This document shows, one piece after another, positions 20,644-29,639 of a DNA stretch of 55,686 bases; position 1 is the stretch's first letter; every line of letters begins with the position of its first letter. Below the pieces are notes generated by a model that worked only from the letters and a program-made list of their open reading frames with translations, did no database searches and was not told where the DNA came from. Source of the DNA: Chitinophaga pinensis (lineage in GTDB: Bacteria > Bacteroidota > Bacteroidia > NS11-12g > UBA9320); the NCBI GenBank assembly GCA_945878925.1, contig CAMDXE010000001.1:1-55686 (forward strand), read 5' to 3'. The position numbers and the translations under genes are program-made.

Positions 20644-21174
20644 TTAGTCTTTTATTTTTTTTAACTTATCCCATCTGGGATCGGTTTGTGGTTCAATATT
20701 ACTGTTTTCTTCGCTGCTGGCTGATAAAAAATTTAACATTTCAGCGTTGCATGCTTTTACTTTATTAGCATTGTTCTCGCAGGTTTTAACCATTGGAATA
20801 CAGGTGCAAATAATTTCATAAATATAATCGTAAACATTTATCGAAAGGTCGTTGGGGCTTAAATAAATGATTTCGCCGTCGCTTTCCTTTGGTTCGTCGC
20901 TTATTTTTATCACTATGGTTTCGGCGCCGTTAACGGTCAAATCCAATGAGTCTAAACAAACATCGCATTCGGATTTTACGATTCCATCTACCTTAAAATC
21001 AAGGTTTATTAGCCTTTCTTTTCTGTCAATATTTAAATGAACGTTTACACTACCCTGCTGAAATAATGAGTTTTCTTTGAGGCTAAAAAAGGCATCGCTA
21101 ATTTTATAATCAAAATTATTATGCCCTAGTTTTAGTTTTACAAATTCTATGCTGTAGTTTGCTAAAGAATCCAC
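20644..21174 (-). CDS. YceD/DUF177 family protein
   Basis: Lies immediately upstream of rpmF and has CDVCLD...C...CNAE cysteine pairs typical of DUF177. Confidence 0.75.
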   Translation of the reverse strand: MDSLANYSIEFVKLKLGHNNFDYKISDAFFSLKENSLFQQGSVNVHLNIDRKERLINLDFKVDGIVKSECDVCLDSLDLTVNGAETIVIKISDEPKESDGEIIYLSPNDLSINVYDYIYEIICTCIPMVKTCENNANKVKACNAEMLNFLSASSEENSNIEPQTDPRWDKLKKIKD

Positions 21175-21191
21175 AATTTTTTAACAGGGCT

Positions 21192-21199
21192 GCAAAAAT
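21192..21199 (-). promoter_or_regulatory. Candidate -7 box (TATTTTTG on minus strand) for the yceD-rpmF-plsX-fabH operon
   Basis: Plus-strand CAAAAATA lies 18-25 nt upstream of the ATG at 21174. Confidence 0.45.
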
Positions 21200-21238
21200 A
21201 GGATTTTATCTGTTAAATACAATAGAATTGAATAAGAT

Positions 21239-22441
21239 TTAAGGGAGTTTGCTTAGAATAAATAAAACACCCATGGCATAATAAAATATAGCCGCAATTA
21301 TTAACAGGACAATCTTATGAATATTTTTTAGCGGATGCATAAAAGCAAATACCGGCGCTAGCAACACAATGCTTCGATACAACGAAACATTGACGCCTAT
21401 ACTATAAGGTATGTACCACATAATTAAGGTGTAAATAATAAGCAAGGGGGTTAATGCGTTTTTTATTTTTGTTAAGATATAAATCAAAACCGGCACGGCA
21501 AAAAAGAAGAAAATATTGTGAAAATCGATCCAAGCTTCGGGCCTAAATAGATGGGCCTGAAATAGGCCAAAATGCTGGCCTAAATTTTTAAAAGGGCTGT
21601 AAAGTAAATGGCCATACTTGTTTTGTACCATATACATGGCGTTCCAATGTCCGGTTACCATCCAATCATAAAAATATAAACTTAGCATTCCGCATAATCC
21701 GGGTATTAAAATATAAGTTATGATTAAACGAAACGGGCGCTTAGCCTTCCATTGCTCTACTAGATCAACATAAAATAAGGTAAGTTTTTTGTGTGTTCGG
21801 TTGGTCTTCCACAAATAAATGCAGTACACACCCATACAAAAGAAAATGATAATGGCCGAACTATAAGTAAGGGCTATAAGATAAGCTGGCAATAAGGCAT
21901 AGCGATATTTGTTGTTTTGTATACACCAAAAAATTATACTTATTAGAAGAACCAACAACGAAAGCGGATATAGACTATACAAATAAATACCTCCAGGACA
22001 TAGAGCACACAAAAACAAGGTGAGCAGGTTTGAAAAACTAAACGAATGCAGAGCGCTTATGGAAGCAACCATGTATAAAAACGCTATAAAAAATAGATGG
22101 GAAAGTAAAAGCCCGCATACATTCGATGGGATTCCCGAAATAAAATTGAATAGGTAAATTAAGAAGGGATAAAATGGCGCCCAGCCTGCATTGCCGCACC
22201 ATTTGCCCGAACCAATAGCGTATCCATTATCGGCATTGCAAGGGATTAGAGTATGGCCAATTTTTGATATTTCGATATATAATCCCGAATCGCATCGCGA
22301 CCAACAAACCTCCCACCAACCATGGCAATTGCCAGCCAAAGCAATTAACTGCGCACAACCAAATACGGTTAAATACACCAGAATAGGCATTATCCAGAAG
22401 GCATATTTGTGTTTGTTTTTGAGGTTCAAGTGAAGTGGCAA
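21239..22441 (-). CDS. Polytopic integral membrane protein, GT-C-like glycosyl/mannosyltransferase fold suspected
   Basis: 400 aa, very hydrophobic, with roughly 10 or more predicted TM segments by eye. No catalytic motif recognised. Confidence 0.4.
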   Translation of the reverse strand: MPLHLNLKNKHKYAFWIMPILVYLTVFGCAQLIALAGNCHGWWEVCWSRCDSGLYIEISKIGHTLIPCNADNGYAIGSGKWCGNAGWAPFYPFLIYLFNFISGIPSNVCGLLLSHLFFIAFLYMVASISALHSFSFSNLLTLFLCALCPGGIYLYSLYPLSLLVLLISIIFWCIQNNKYRYALLPAYLIALTYSSAIIIFFCMGVYCIYLWKTNRTHKKLTLFYVDLVEQWKAKRPFRLIITYILIPGLCGMLSLYFYDWMVTGHWNAMYMVQNKYGHLLYSPFKNLGQHFGLFQAHLFRPEAWIDFHNIFFFFAVPVLIYILTKIKNALTPLLIIYTLIMWYIPYSIGVNVSLYRSIVLLAPVFAFMHPLKNIHKIVLLIIAAIFYYAMGVLFILSKLP

Positions 22442-22559
22442 AGGTGCAAAATATTATAAGTAATCAATCATTGATTTATCCAAATTCAAAATTAAATGCT
22501 TCATCCAATGCGGCATAATAGGATTGCGCATCCAACATTTTTTCTTTCGTCTAAATGAA

Positions 22560-22567
22560 TATCTTTG
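22560..22567 (+). promoter_or_regulatory. Candidate -7 box TATCTTTG
   Basis: Matches TAnnTTTG. It overlaps the ORF-track TTG start at 22565, which supports the downstream ATG at 22595 as the true start. Confidence 0.45.
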
Positions 22568-22594
22568 TCCGTTAAGAACAAAAAAATTAAAACT

Positions 22595-24034
22595 ATGGTA
22601 AAAAGCCAATCGACACAAAATAACACTGCTCTTGTCACAATTGTTTCTGTATTTTTTTTCTGGGGGTTTGTGGCCGCCAGCAATGATATTTTAATTCCGG
22701 TCTTTAAAGAAAAATTAAATTTACTGCAATGGCAATCGCAAATGATATCGTTTGCCTTTTATGTAGCCTATACCGTGGGTTCGCTTATCTACTATTTCAT
22801 CTCCAAATCATCGGGGGGCGATATTCTTAATCGCTTAGGCTATAAAAATGGGATAGCACTTGGATTGGTTATTTCGGCCATAGGCACGCTATTATTTTAT
22901 CCAGCCGCCGAAACCGCATCGTTTCCATTAATGATAAGTGGATTGTTTATAGTTGGGCTTGGATTTTCGCTGCAGCAAACGGCTGCCAATCCGCTGACGA
23001 TAATGATGGGCGATCCTTCAAAAGGATCGCAAAGGCTAAGTTTGGCCGGAGGAGTTAATAATGTAGGAACCACCATTGGTCCGCTTTTGGTAAGTTTTGC
23101 CATTTTTGGAACCCTTGCCACCGGCACAACATCAGTGGCAAGCATCGAAAGCATTAAAATACCCTATTTAATTTTGGGAGCCGCATTTTTGGTTTTTGCC
23201 TTGATCTTTAAATTTTCATCTATACCCAATAAAATTAGCGTTGATGAACCCGCGGAAGTTCAAGAAAATAATGTTTCAAAAACCGACCGTGCCAATGCTC
23301 TTAAATACCCTCAACTTGTTTTAGGAATGATTGCCATTTTTTTATACGTAGGCGTCGAGGTTTCTACAGCCGGCAATTTATCCGAATTTATGAAGCAAGA
23401 AGTAGGAATGACAGCCGACCGAGTGGCCCCTTATATTTCATTGTTTTGGGCCAGCTTAATGATTGGCCGTTGGACATCATCGGTAGGCGCCTTCAACCTC
23501 AAAGGTGGCCTTAAAACCACCCTAAATTTTTTGATGCCATATATTGCCTTTGGTGTTTTTTTGATGGTTAATAAAATTGCCAACCACGATCTTACACCTT
23601 TTTATATTTATGGATTTGTTATTTTAGCCTTAATAGGAGCCGATATAGCCAGCAAGGGCAATCCGGCACGCCAATTATTTATTTTTTCGATATTAGGAAT
23701 TGTAGCTTTAGGCGTTGGTATGCTTGGATCGGGCATGGTAAGCGTGTATGCATTTATAAGCGTTGGTTTGTTTTGCAGCACCCTGTGGCCATGTATTTTT
23801 ACCTTAGCCATTTCGGGACTTGGCAAACACACCAATCAAGGGTCAAGTTTTTTGATAATGATGATTATGGGTGGAGGATTTATAAGCTTATTGCAAGGGG
23901 TGCTAGCCGAAGATAATTTATTAGGAATACAGTGGAGCTATTTGGTTGGGGTAGCCTGTTTCGTTTATTTAGGATATTATGCCTGGAAAGTTAATTCGAT
24001 ACTAAAAGCGCAAGGCATTGCCTTTCATAAATAA
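22595..24034 (+). CDS. MFS sugar:H+ symporter (FucP / glucose-galactose transporter-like)
   Basis: Has a 12-TM pattern. N-terminal FFWGFVAASNDILIPVFK and central GTTIGPL resemble the FucP/GluP family. Confidence 0.7.
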   Translation: MVKSQSTQNNTALVTIVSVFFFWGFVAASNDILIPVFKEKLNLLQWQSQMISFAFYVAYTVGSLIYYFISKSSGGDILNRLGYKNGIALGLVISAIGTLLFYPAAETASFPLMISGLFIVGLGFSLQQTAANPLTIMMGDPSKGSQRLSLAGGVNNVGTTIGPLLVSFAIFGTLATGTTSVASIESIKIPYLILGAAFLVFALIFKFSSIPNKISVDEPAEVQENNVSKTDRANALKYPQLVLGMIAIFLYVGVEVSTAGNLSEFMKQEVGMTADRVAPYISLFWASLMIGRWTSSVGAFNLKGGLKTTLNFLMPYIAFGVFLMVNKIANHDLTPFYIYGFVILALIGADIASKGNPARQLFIFSILGIVALGVGMLGSGMVSVYAFISVGLFCSTLWPCIFTLAISGLGKHTNQGSSFLIMMIMGGGFISLLQGVLAEDNLLGIQWSYLVGVACFVYLGYYAWKVNSILKAQGIAFHK

Positions 24035-24060
24035 TAATCAAGATTTGATAATAACAGATA

Positions 24061-26994
24061 ATGTATTTGATTAAAAAATTTTTAACACTTTACCTGCTCG
24101 TTTCGGGCTTTATGGTTTGGGCTCAAATTAGGGTTCCACAAAACGGAGTAGTCGATGCATTCGAAGGCATAACTGCTTTTACCAATTGTACGCTGATTAA
24201 AGATCCTCAAACCAAAGTTTTAAATGCCACACTAATTATACAAAATGCAAAAATAATTGCAGCAGGACCCGCCTTAATTATTCCAAAAGAAGCCAAAATT
24301 ATTGATCTTCACGGCAAGTGGGTTTACGCTTCGTTTATCGATTTGTGGTCGGAATACGGAGTAGCAAAAGCTCAAAATAAAGCAAATGAACGTGGGCCGC
24401 AGTTTTTAAGTTCAAAAAAAGGAGCATGGTATTGGAACGAGGCCATACATCCCGAAGTTAAAGCCTCGGAGGTGTTTTCGGTTCAAAAAGAGGAAGCCAA
24501 AGCTATGCGCGATTTAGGCTTTGGATTGGCAGTTTGTCATCAACAAAATGGCATAGCAAGAGGCACAGGTTTAGTGGTGGCCTTAGGCAATGAAACAGAG
24601 CAAAAAATGATCATTAATTCAAGCTATGGACATTATTTTTCGTTTAATAAAGGCAATTCCACCCAAGATTATCCGTCGAGTTTAATGGGAAGCATCGCTC
24701 TTCTACGGCAATTTTATTGCGACTCGAAATGGGCCATGGGAGCCAAAGAAAATGAAATAGACCTTTCCTTAAAAAACTATAAGCTAAGCCAGGGAATGCC
24801 ACATTTTTTTGAAACCGGCGATGTACAAGATTTGCTAAGGGCCGATAAAATTGGGGATGAATTTGGAATTCAATATACGCTCAAAGGAAATGGCGACGAA
24901 TACCAATTTATCGACGAGGTAAAACGTACCAATACGCATCTTATACTTCCCCTTAATTTTCCTGAGGCTTTTGATGTAGAAGACCCCTTGGATGCGCGAT
25001 TGATTGGCCTCACCGAACTAAAACATTGGGAAATGGCGCCTTTTAACCCTGTAATGGTATACAATAAGGGCATTGAATTTTCGATGACTTTGGCGGGATT
25101 GAAAAAATATGATAAATTTTGGACCAATATTTATAAATCGATTGCAAATGGTTTGACGGAGGAATATGCTTTGAGGGCGCTTACCACCAATCCGGCAAAA
25201 GTTTTAAAAATGGAAGCGCTTTACGGAACCCTTGAAGTTGGGAAATTTGCAAATTTTATTATCACCGATGGCAATGTATTTAAAGAAGGGACTACTATTT
25301 TAGAAAACTGGGTTTTAGGAAAACAAAATGTAAACATCGATTGGCAAAATTCTAATTACTCGGGAAAATATAATTTAGCTTTCAACGATTCCACTTATAC
25401 CATAAATATCAATGGCAAATCGTGGCAACCAAAGGCCGAGTTTCAGCCAAAAACAAAAGGTGAACTCAAACTCAGTCTAAAAAATGGATTTATCACCTAT
25501 CAACTTACCTTAAAAAATGGTAAATTTTCGAATGGTTCAGGCTATAAAACTGGAAATAACATTACCCTAATCTCTAGCGATTCGTTGGGCAAACCCATGA
25601 CTTTTTCGGCTGTTTATATAGGCCCTGCAGATGTTCCTACCGATTCGATTAAGAAAAAAACAGAAGCTTTGGTGCCCAAATATGCTCTGCCTTGGCAATA
25701 TAATTTGCCTAAGGAATTATCCTATTTAATAGCAAACGCCACGGTATGGACTTGCGGCAGTCAAGGTAAATTAGAAAATACAGATGTATTGATAAAAGAT
25801 GGAAAGATAATAGGTTTAGGTAAAGGATTGATAAACCAAGGCGCTGTGAAAATTGATGGCACCGGAATGCACCTTACTCCTGGCATAATAGATGAACACA
25901 GCCATATTGCCATTTCAAAAGGGGTAAACGAAGGCACTCAATCCATAACCAGTGAAGTAAGAATTGAAGATGTTATCAATGCCAAAGATGTGAATATTTA
26001 TAGGCAGATGGCGGGAGGCGTTACTACCTCGCATCTGTTGCACGGCTCGGCCAATGCTATTGGCGGGCAAACTGCTTTGATAAAATTAAAATATGGCGAA
26101 GCCCCCGAAAACCTAAAATTTCCAAACGACCATCGATTCATAAAATTTGCCTTGGGCGAAAATGTAAAACAGAGCAATTGGGGCGATTTTAATACCATAA
26201 GGTTTCCTCAAACTCGAATGGGTGTTGAGCAAGTATTTCAAGATGGATTTATGCGAGCCAAAGCCTATGGCGATCTTAAAAAAACAATAGGCTACCGTAC
26301 TGATTTGGAATTAGAAGCCCTTTTAGAAATTTTAAATGCCAAGCGTTTTATAACCTGTCATTCGTATGTGCAATCCGAAATAAATATGCTGATGCATTTG
26401 GCCGATAGTTTTGGGTTTAAGGTAAACACGTTTACGCATATTTTAGAAGGGTATAAAGTAGCCGATAAAATGAAAAATCACGGAGTAGCTGCCAGCACGT
26501 TTTCCGATTGGTGGGGTTACAAATACGAAGTGGTTGATGCCATCCCCTACAATCCGGGAATTATGCAAAAAGTAGGCGTTTTAACGGGCATCAATAGCGA
26601 CGATGCTGAAATGGGCCGTCGTTTAAATCAAGAAGCAGCCAAGGCCATCAAGTATAGCGATGTATCAGAAATAGATGCGCTAAATATGGTTACCACCAAT
26701 CCGGCAAAAATGCTTCATATCGACAATCGGGTGGGGCAAATACGCATTGGAATGGACGCCGATTTGGTGCTTTGGGATGGACAGCCTTTGAGTAATTATT
26801 CGAAACCCCAAACCACTTGGATTGATGGGAAAATATATTTTGACCGAACAGAAGATGCAAAAAAACGCCTTGAAATAAGCAAGGAGCGGCAACGAATAAT
26901 TAACGACATGCTTAAAGCAAAAAAGAAGGGAGAAAGTACCCGAAAAGCAGGAAAAACACTTGAACCTGAATACCACTGTGATAGCGAAAATTAA
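24061..26994 (+). CDS. Secreted two-module amidohydrolase-family protein
   Basis: Has a signal peptide. The C-terminal module has the canonical LTPGIIDEHSHIAI (HxH) motif. The N-terminal module has the degenerate VYASFIDLWSEYG at the same position. Confidence 0.75.
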   Translation: MYLIKKFLTLYLLVSGFMVWAQIRVPQNGVVDAFEGITAFTNCTLIKDPQTKVLNATLIIQNAKIIAAGPALIIPKEAKIIDLHGKWVYASFIDLWSEYGVAKAQNKANERGPQFLSSKKGAWYWNEAIHPEVKASEVFSVQKEEAKAMRDLGFGLAVCHQQNGIARGTGLVVALGNETEQKMIINSSYGHYFSFNKGNSTQDYPSSLMGSIALLRQFYCDSKWAMGAKENEIDLSLKNYKLSQGMPHFFETGDVQDLLRADKIGDEFGIQYTLKGNGDEYQFIDEVKRTNTHLILPLNFPEAFDVEDPLDARLIGLTELKHWEMAPFNPVMVYNKGIEFSMTLAGLKKYDKFWTNIYKSIANGLTEEYALRALTTNPAKVLKMEALYGTLEVGKFANFIITDGNVFKEGTTILENWVLGKQNVNIDWQNSNYSGKYNLAFNDSTYTININGKSWQPKAEFQPKTKGELKLSLKNGFITYQLTLKNGKFSNGSGYKTGNNITLISSDSLGKPMTFSAVYIGPADVPTDSIKKKTEALVPKYALPWQYNLPKELSYLIANATVWTCGSQGKLENTDVLIKDGKIIGLGKGLINQGAVKIDGTGMHLTPGIIDEHSHIAISKGVNEGTQSITSEVRIEDVINAKDVNIYRQMAGGVTTSHLLHGSANAIGGQTALIKLKYGEAPENLKFPNDHRFIKFALGENVKQSNWGDFNTIRFPQTRMGVEQVFQDGFMRAKAYGDLKKTIGYRTDLELEALLEILNAKRFITCHSYVQSEINMLMHLADSFGFKVNTFTHILEGYKVADKMKNHGVAASTFSDWWGYKYEVVDAIPYNPGIMQKVGVLTGINSDDAEMGRRLNQEAAKAIKYSDVSEIDALNMVTTNPAKMLHIDNRVGQIRIGMDADLVLWDGQPLSNYSKPQTTWIDGKIYFDRTEDAKKRLEISKERQRIINDMLKAKKKGESTRKAGKTLEPEYHCDSEN

Positions 26995-26998
26995 GATA

Positions 26999-28282
26999 AT
27001 GAAATTAGAAATGAAGAACATATTTATAGGATTGGTGTTGGCGTCAACTTTGGCCAAGGCTCAAGTGCCCTCACCTGCCGCCATCGAAAATAGTAAGGTT
27101 TGGATTATGGCAGGAACACTTCATATTGGCAATGGCAAAGTATATACCAACGCCTCCTTGCGATTTGATAAAGGCATTATAACCGCTATTGATAGTTTTC
27201 GTGCCCCAAAAGATTTTCCAGATCATAAAATATTTTTGGCCAAACACGTTTACGCAGGATTAATAGCGCCAAATACAACCCTTGGATTAAATGAAGTAGA
27301 CGCCATACGGTCAACGCGCGATTATAATGAAGTAGGGCAGAATAATGCTAATATTCGCAGCCTTATAGCCTATAATACCGACTCAAAAGTTATTCCAACC
27401 CTAAGAAGCAATGGCATACTTTTGGCCCAAATAACCCCTTCGGGCGGCAATATTTCAGGCCAATCGTCGGTGGTGCAATTGGATGCTTGGAACTGGGAAG
27501 ATGCGGCCATAAAAGTTGACGATGCCTTACATATTAATTGGCCTCGAATGTCGCTACAATTTGGATGGGGAGCCGAATCAAGCGAAGCCGAAAAAGGCCA
27601 AATAGAGATGGCGATTAATGCCATGAACAAAATTTTTAGCGATGCAAAATCGTATTGCAGCAGCAAAGGGATGGAGGTTAATTTAAAACTCGAAGCTTTT
27701 AGAGGTGTTTTCGGTGGAACCAAGAAAGTATTTGTTCATACCGATGGAGCCAGGGAAATGATTAGTGCCGTTCAATTTATGCAGCGCTATGGCATTAAGC
27801 CCGTAATAGTAGGAGGAGATGAAAGCCATCTGATTACCAAATTTTTGAGAGATAATCAGATTGCAGTAATTTTAATAAGAACCCATAATTTGCCTTCGTT
27901 GCCCGACGATGATATTGATTTGCCTTATAAAATGCCAAAAATTTTGCATGATTCAGGCGTGCTTTATTGTTTGGCAGACGTATCGGCATGGCAGCAGCGC
28001 AATTTACCTTTTCAAGCGGGCACATCGGTGGCCTTCGGGCTTACTGCCGAGCAGGCCCTGATGGCAATAACAAAAAACACTGCAGAAATATTAGGAATAA
28101 GCGATAAATATGGGACACTTGAGGTAGGCAAAAGTGCAACCATCATTGTAAGCGAAGGCGATATCCTGGATATGAAATCATCAAAAGTAACACGTGCATG
28201 GATTGATGGAAGGCCCATTGATTTGGACGACACTCAAAAGCAATTGAATAGAAAATACAATACAAAATATTTTGGGAAATAG
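26999..28282 (+). CDS. Secreted amidohydrolase-family protein lacking the HxH metal motif
   Basis: Has a signal peptide MKLEMKNIFIGLVLASTLAKAQ. VYAGLIAPNTTLG replaces the (G)xIDxHxH motif. The amidohydrolase C-terminal pattern GTLEVGKSATIIV is present. The ATG at 26999 is preferred over the overlapping TTG at 26960. Confidence 0.65.
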   Translation: MKLEMKNIFIGLVLASTLAKAQVPSPAAIENSKVWIMAGTLHIGNGKVYTNASLRFDKGIITAIDSFRAPKDFPDHKIFLAKHVYAGLIAPNTTLGLNEVDAIRSTRDYNEVGQNNANIRSLIAYNTDSKVIPTLRSNGILLAQITPSGGNISGQSSVVQLDAWNWEDAAIKVDDALHINWPRMSLQFGWGAESSEAEKGQIEMAINAMNKIFSDAKSYCSSKGMEVNLKLEAFRGVFGGTKKVFVHTDGAREMISAVQFMQRYGIKPVIVGGDESHLITKFLRDNQIAVILIRTHNLPSLPDDDIDLPYKMPKILHDSGVLYCLADVSAWQQRNLPFQAGTSVAFGLTAEQALMAITKNTAEILGISDKYGTLEVGKSATIIVSEGDILDMKSSKVTRAWIDGRPIDLDDTQKQLNRKYNTKYFGK

Positions 28283-28394
28283 ATTGAATACAATCTATGA
28301 TGTTCTTAGTTTAAAGTTTTAAACATAAAAAATCACAAAATTTCAATTTACTAATAATTCAAAATCAAGGTCAAAAAAATCTCATATTCAAAAC

Positions 28395-28736
28395 ATGATA
28401 AAAGAATTTAACGAAGGCCGATCTAAAGGCAATGAAGCGATAATGGCCGGCGACAATTTAGTGTTAAAGCGCTTATTTAATTTAGATACAAATACCTATG
28501 CCGAAGGGGCCTTGCCGGTAAAAACAAAAGAACTTTTGGGTTTGGTAGCCAGCATGGTTTTGCGTTGCGATGATTGTATAAGTTATCATTTAGGTAAATG
28601 TTTTGAAATTGGAGCAAGCAAAGCCGAAATTTTTGAGACATTTGCCATTGCAAATATTGTGGGGGGAACAATTGTTATACCCCACACCAGAAGGGCTGCA
28701 CTGTATTGGGAGGCTTTAGAAGAGAGCAAATCTTAA
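28395..28736 (+). CDS. Carboxymuconolactone decarboxylase (AhpD-like) family protein
   Basis: 113 aa, with the CDDCISYH CxxC motif in an AhpD-like helical context. Confidence 0.7.
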   Translation: MIKEFNEGRSKGNEAIMAGDNLVLKRLFNLDTNTYAEGALPVKTKELLGLVASMVLRCDDCISYHLGKCFEIGASKAEIFETFAIANIVGGTIVIPHTRRAALYWEALEESKS

Positions 28737-28773
28737 GCGGTTTTGAAATCCCGTCAGGTTAAAAAATTTACCT

Positions 28774-28781
28774 TAATTTTG
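28774..28781 (+). promoter_or_regulatory. Candidate -7 box TAATTTTG abutting the purQ start
   Basis: Matches TAnnTTTG and ends 5 nt before the ATG at 28787. Confidence 0.4.
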
Positions 28782-28786
28782 TAGGC

Positions 28787-29488
28787 ATGAAATTTGGTGT
28801 GGTTATCTTTCCAGGATCTAATTGCGATCATGATTTAATTGACGTTTTACAGCGCTTAAATGGAGCTGAAGTTGTGGAGCTTTGGCACAAAGAAACAGAT
28901 TTGAAGGGCTGCGATTTTATTTTTTTACCTGGAGGCTTTTCATACGGCGATTATTTGCGAAGCGGTGCTATTGCTCGTTATAGCCCAATAATGCAATCCA
29001 TTACCGAATTTGCGAGTCGTGGGGGTTACGTGATGGGCATTTGCAATGGATTTCAAATACTTTGCGAAGCAGGTTTATTGCCAGGTGCATTATTGCGCAA
29101 TACAAATCGCAAATTTATTTGTGATAATTTGTTTTTAAAACCAGCCAACACCAGTTTGCCAATTACTCAAAAAATTAGCAAAACCGATATTCTAAAAATT
29201 CCAATTGCCCATGGCGAAGGCCGATTTTATGCCGACGAGAACACATTGGCCGAAATTTTAGCCAACGATCAGGTTTTGTTTTATTACTGCAATCAAAACG
29301 GCCAAATAGTAGAGGAGGCCAACGTCAATGGCTCCTTAAACAATATTGCGGGCGTTTGCAATAAAGGGAAAAATGTATTTGGAATGATGCCGCATCCCGA
29401 ACGCTGCGCCAACGATTTGCTTTTTAACTCAGACGGTAAACTGCTTTTTGAAAGTATTATGGAGGCGCTCGAAACGGCGTCTTGTTAA
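28787..29488 (+). CDS. purQ: Phosphoribosylformylglycinamidine synthase, glutaminase subunit PurQ
   Basis: Has GGFSYGDYLR, GICNGFQIL (nucleophile Cys) and MMPHPER. Confidence 0.92.
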   Translation: MKFGVVIFPGSNCDHDLIDVLQRLNGAEVVELWHKETDLKGCDFIFLPGGFSYGDYLRSGAIARYSPIMQSITEFASRGGYVMGICNGFQILCEAGLLPGALLRNTNRKFICDNLFLKPANTSLPITQKISKTDILKIPIAHGEGRFYADENTLAEILANDQVLFYYCNQNGQIVEEANVNGSLNNIAGVCNKGKNVFGMMPHPERCANDLLFNSDGKLLFESIMEALETASC

Positions 29489-29639
29489 GCATTCGCCGTT
29501 TTTGTTTCTAGAACCATTGAACCCGCTTTTTTGCCAAGACTTTGTTACAAGCGGTCTTTCTTTTTGGTCATAGGCCTGTCGTGTCGAGTTTGCACCAAAA
29601 TAGTTCGAAGGTCAGAAATATATATTTTAACTGCTATCA

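Noticed and set aside
22501-22683. A 60-aa minus-strand ORF overlapping the 5' end of the MFS sugar transporter gene.
   Set aside because: It overlaps the transporter promoter and coding start on the opposite strand. It has no motifs and no plausible promoter.
29489-29639. Looked for att-like direct repeats, a tRNA target or an integrase at the edges of the hsd island. This covered 29489-29639 and the 315-bp non-coding stretch at 36464-36778.
   Set aside because: The two edges share only low-complexity T-rich words (for example TTTTTGTTT). No tRNA, integrase or transposase gene is present. GGTCAGAAAT at 29618-29627 resembles the element terminus but has a mismatch and no partner. The acquisition mechanism remains unknown.
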